Shown: positions 63,624 through 64,000 of the stretch, piece by piece
How the letters are laid out: every line of letters begins with the position of its first letter
Numbering within the stretch: the first letter of the stretch is position 1
Origin: Alphaproteobacteria bacterium
GTDB lineage: Bacteria; Pseudomonadota; Alphaproteobacteria; UBA828
NCBI GenBank assembly: GCA_965214705.1
Contig: CBDCCI010000002.1
Coordinates: forward strand, 992,001-1,056,000
Length of the DNA stretch: 64,000 nucleotides
Direction: 5' to 3'
Notes under the pieces: model-generated
Told to the model about the DNA's origin: nothing
What the model saw: only the letters and a program-made list of their open reading frames with translations
The model's database searches: none
Made by a program: the position numbers and the translations under genes

Positions 63624-64000
63624 TCAGTCGTCCTCCTTCGCTGCGGCGAGCACGTCGTCGGCCAGCCGCCCGGTGAGCTCCTGCAGGCGGTCGAACTGGG
63701 CTTCGAAGGTGCCGACGCCCAGGGTGAGCGAGCGTAGCTCGATGATCAGGTCGTGCATCTCCGCCTGCGGCATCTGGCTCGTCACCTCGTCCCAGCCGGA
63801 CCAGTCCTCGCGCGTCTGGAAACCCAATACCTGGCCGCGGCGGCCGGTCACCAGGCGCTGGACGTTGGGCGTGAACTCGCTCGGTATCGAGATCCTGACC
63901 TCGCAGATGGGCTCCAGCAGCACCGGGTTGCACTTGGGCAGGGCTTCGGCCATCGCCATGCGGCCGGCGGTCTTGAAGGCCATCTCCGAGCTGTCGACGG
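63624..64000 (-). CDS. Elongation factor G-like protein, C-terminal part (EF-G2 type; 5' end outside window)
   Basis: VDSSEMAFK, PVLLEPI, RRGQVLG, ELRSLTLG.G.F (domains IV-V). Confidence 0.88.
   Translation of the reverse strand, partial: VDSSEMAFKTAGRMAMAEALPKCNPVLLEPICEVRISIPSEFTPNVQRLVTGRRGQVLGFQTREDWSGWDEVTSQMPQAEMHDLIIELRSLTLGVGTFEAQFDRLQELTGRLADDVLAAAKEDD

Overview
High-GC alphaproteobacterial chromosomal segment (Rhodospirillales-like gene content and order; taxon is inferred, not proven). It carries housekeeping blocks (glyA-nrdR-ribD-ribE-ribB-ribH-nusB-thiL; aceA-aceB with a divergent RamB/ScfR regulator; parE; uvrB-apaG-folE-trkH; mlaA-mlaC; the end of an EF-G-like gene) interleaved with many catabolic oxidoreductases and hydrolases. 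The unusual content is mostly mobile or non-coding. (1) A 7.5-kb nest in which one IS1380 element is interrupted by three different IS elements, each with readable inverted repeats and target duplications; one encodes a Tn5-type transposase fused to a DUF4338/DruA-like domain. (2) A four-copy, multi-hairpin intergenic repeat whose stems show compensatory base changes. (3) A two-copy ~250-bp element ending in a 10-bp-period GGCC array. (4) A stack of small CTAG-flanked elements plus an IS1634 behind ramB. (5) A tandem pair of NrdR-box-like sites directly upstream of the predicted parE promoter. No rRNA, tRNA or CRISPR array was recognised. All calls come from motif recognition by eye; no database search was run.
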